DNA of 64,000 nt from the NCBI GenBank assembly GCA_965218585.1, contig CBDCLE010000025.1:64001-128000 (forward strand), given 5' to 3'. This document shows positions 63,583 to 64,000 of the stretch, in pieces; positions within the stretch are counted from its first letter, which is position 1, and every line of letters begins with the position of its first letter. Both the position numbers and the translations under genes were made by a program. Under the pieces are notes generated by a model, which ran no database searches, had not been told where the DNA came from, and saw only the letters and a list, made by a program, of their open reading frames with translations. This stretch comes from Terriglobia bacterium (GTDB lineage Bacteria > Acidobacteriota > Terriglobia > 20CM-2-55-15).

Positions 63583-64000
63583 TCAGGCCGTCGCCCGCAC
63601 TTTTGCGCGCAATTTGTACTCGTCGTAAATGAGGACCATCGGTGCGGCCACTGCAATCGACGAATACGTTCCAATGAGCACTCCGATGACCAGGGCGAAC
63701 GCGAAATTGTTGATCACTTCTCCGCCGAAAAAGTACATCGCCAGCGCAGCAACCAACGTGAGACCGGACGTCAGAATCGTCCGACTGAGCGTCTGATTGA
63801 TGCTTCGATTCAAGATCGATTCGAAATTCATTCTACGGCTCAGCCTCAAGTTTTCGCGGACGCGGTCAAAGACGACGATCGTGTCGTTAACCGAGTACCC
63901 CACCAGCGTCAACAGTGCCGCGATCACCGTGAGGTTGATCTCCTTGTCGAACACGGAGAAGAAACCCAGCGTGATCAAGGTGTCGTGAAACACGGCAAAC
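63583..64000 (-). CDS. secF: Protein translocase subunit SecF, C-terminal part
   Basis: HD..ITLG, AALLTLVGYSVNDTIVVFDRVREN, QTLSRTILTS, GTYSS. Confidence 0.95.
   Translation of the reverse strand, partial: FAVFHDTLITLGFFSVFDKEINLTVIAALLTLVGYSVNDTIVVFDRVRENLRLSRRMNFESILNRSINQTLSRTILTSGLTLVAALAMYFFGGEVINNFAFALVIGVLIGTYSSIAVAAPMVLIYDEYKLRAKVRATA

Overview
Bacterial chromosome segment, most likely Acidobacteriota (inferred from gene order and protein families). It is dominated by housekeeping genes. These are a TamB-like/SurA-like/Omp85 cluster, rpmB, a ~22 kb minus-strand run (cysK, aroD-aroE, thrB, asd, hisZGDCBHAF(IE), trpEGDCFBA, hypothetical, ugd, uxs, galE), lgt, pgsA, an ECF sigma/anti-sigma pair, lpxB, murA, rplM-rpsI-rpsB-tsf-pyrH-frr, tsaD, mtnA, gatB, relA/spoT, a TonB-ExbB-ExbD-ExbD-TPR cluster and partial secF. 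The one clearly accessory region is a ~6 kb block (7865-13739) at the 3' end of tRNA-Ser(GCT). It encodes a prodomain-less S8 protease, two small paralogous proteins with a histone-fold-like C-terminal motif and short variable tails, and a multi-TM/GAF/Zn-ribbon Ser/Thr kinase. The kinase is interrupted by an IS3-family (IS51-group) element with a 4-bp target duplication. This block is the best candidate for an undescribed system, possibly protease-processed ligand plus receptor kinase. Several single-base frameshifts, including one in normally essential murA, suggest indel errors in the assembly. All calls come from reading the sequence and ORF translations; no database searches were run.
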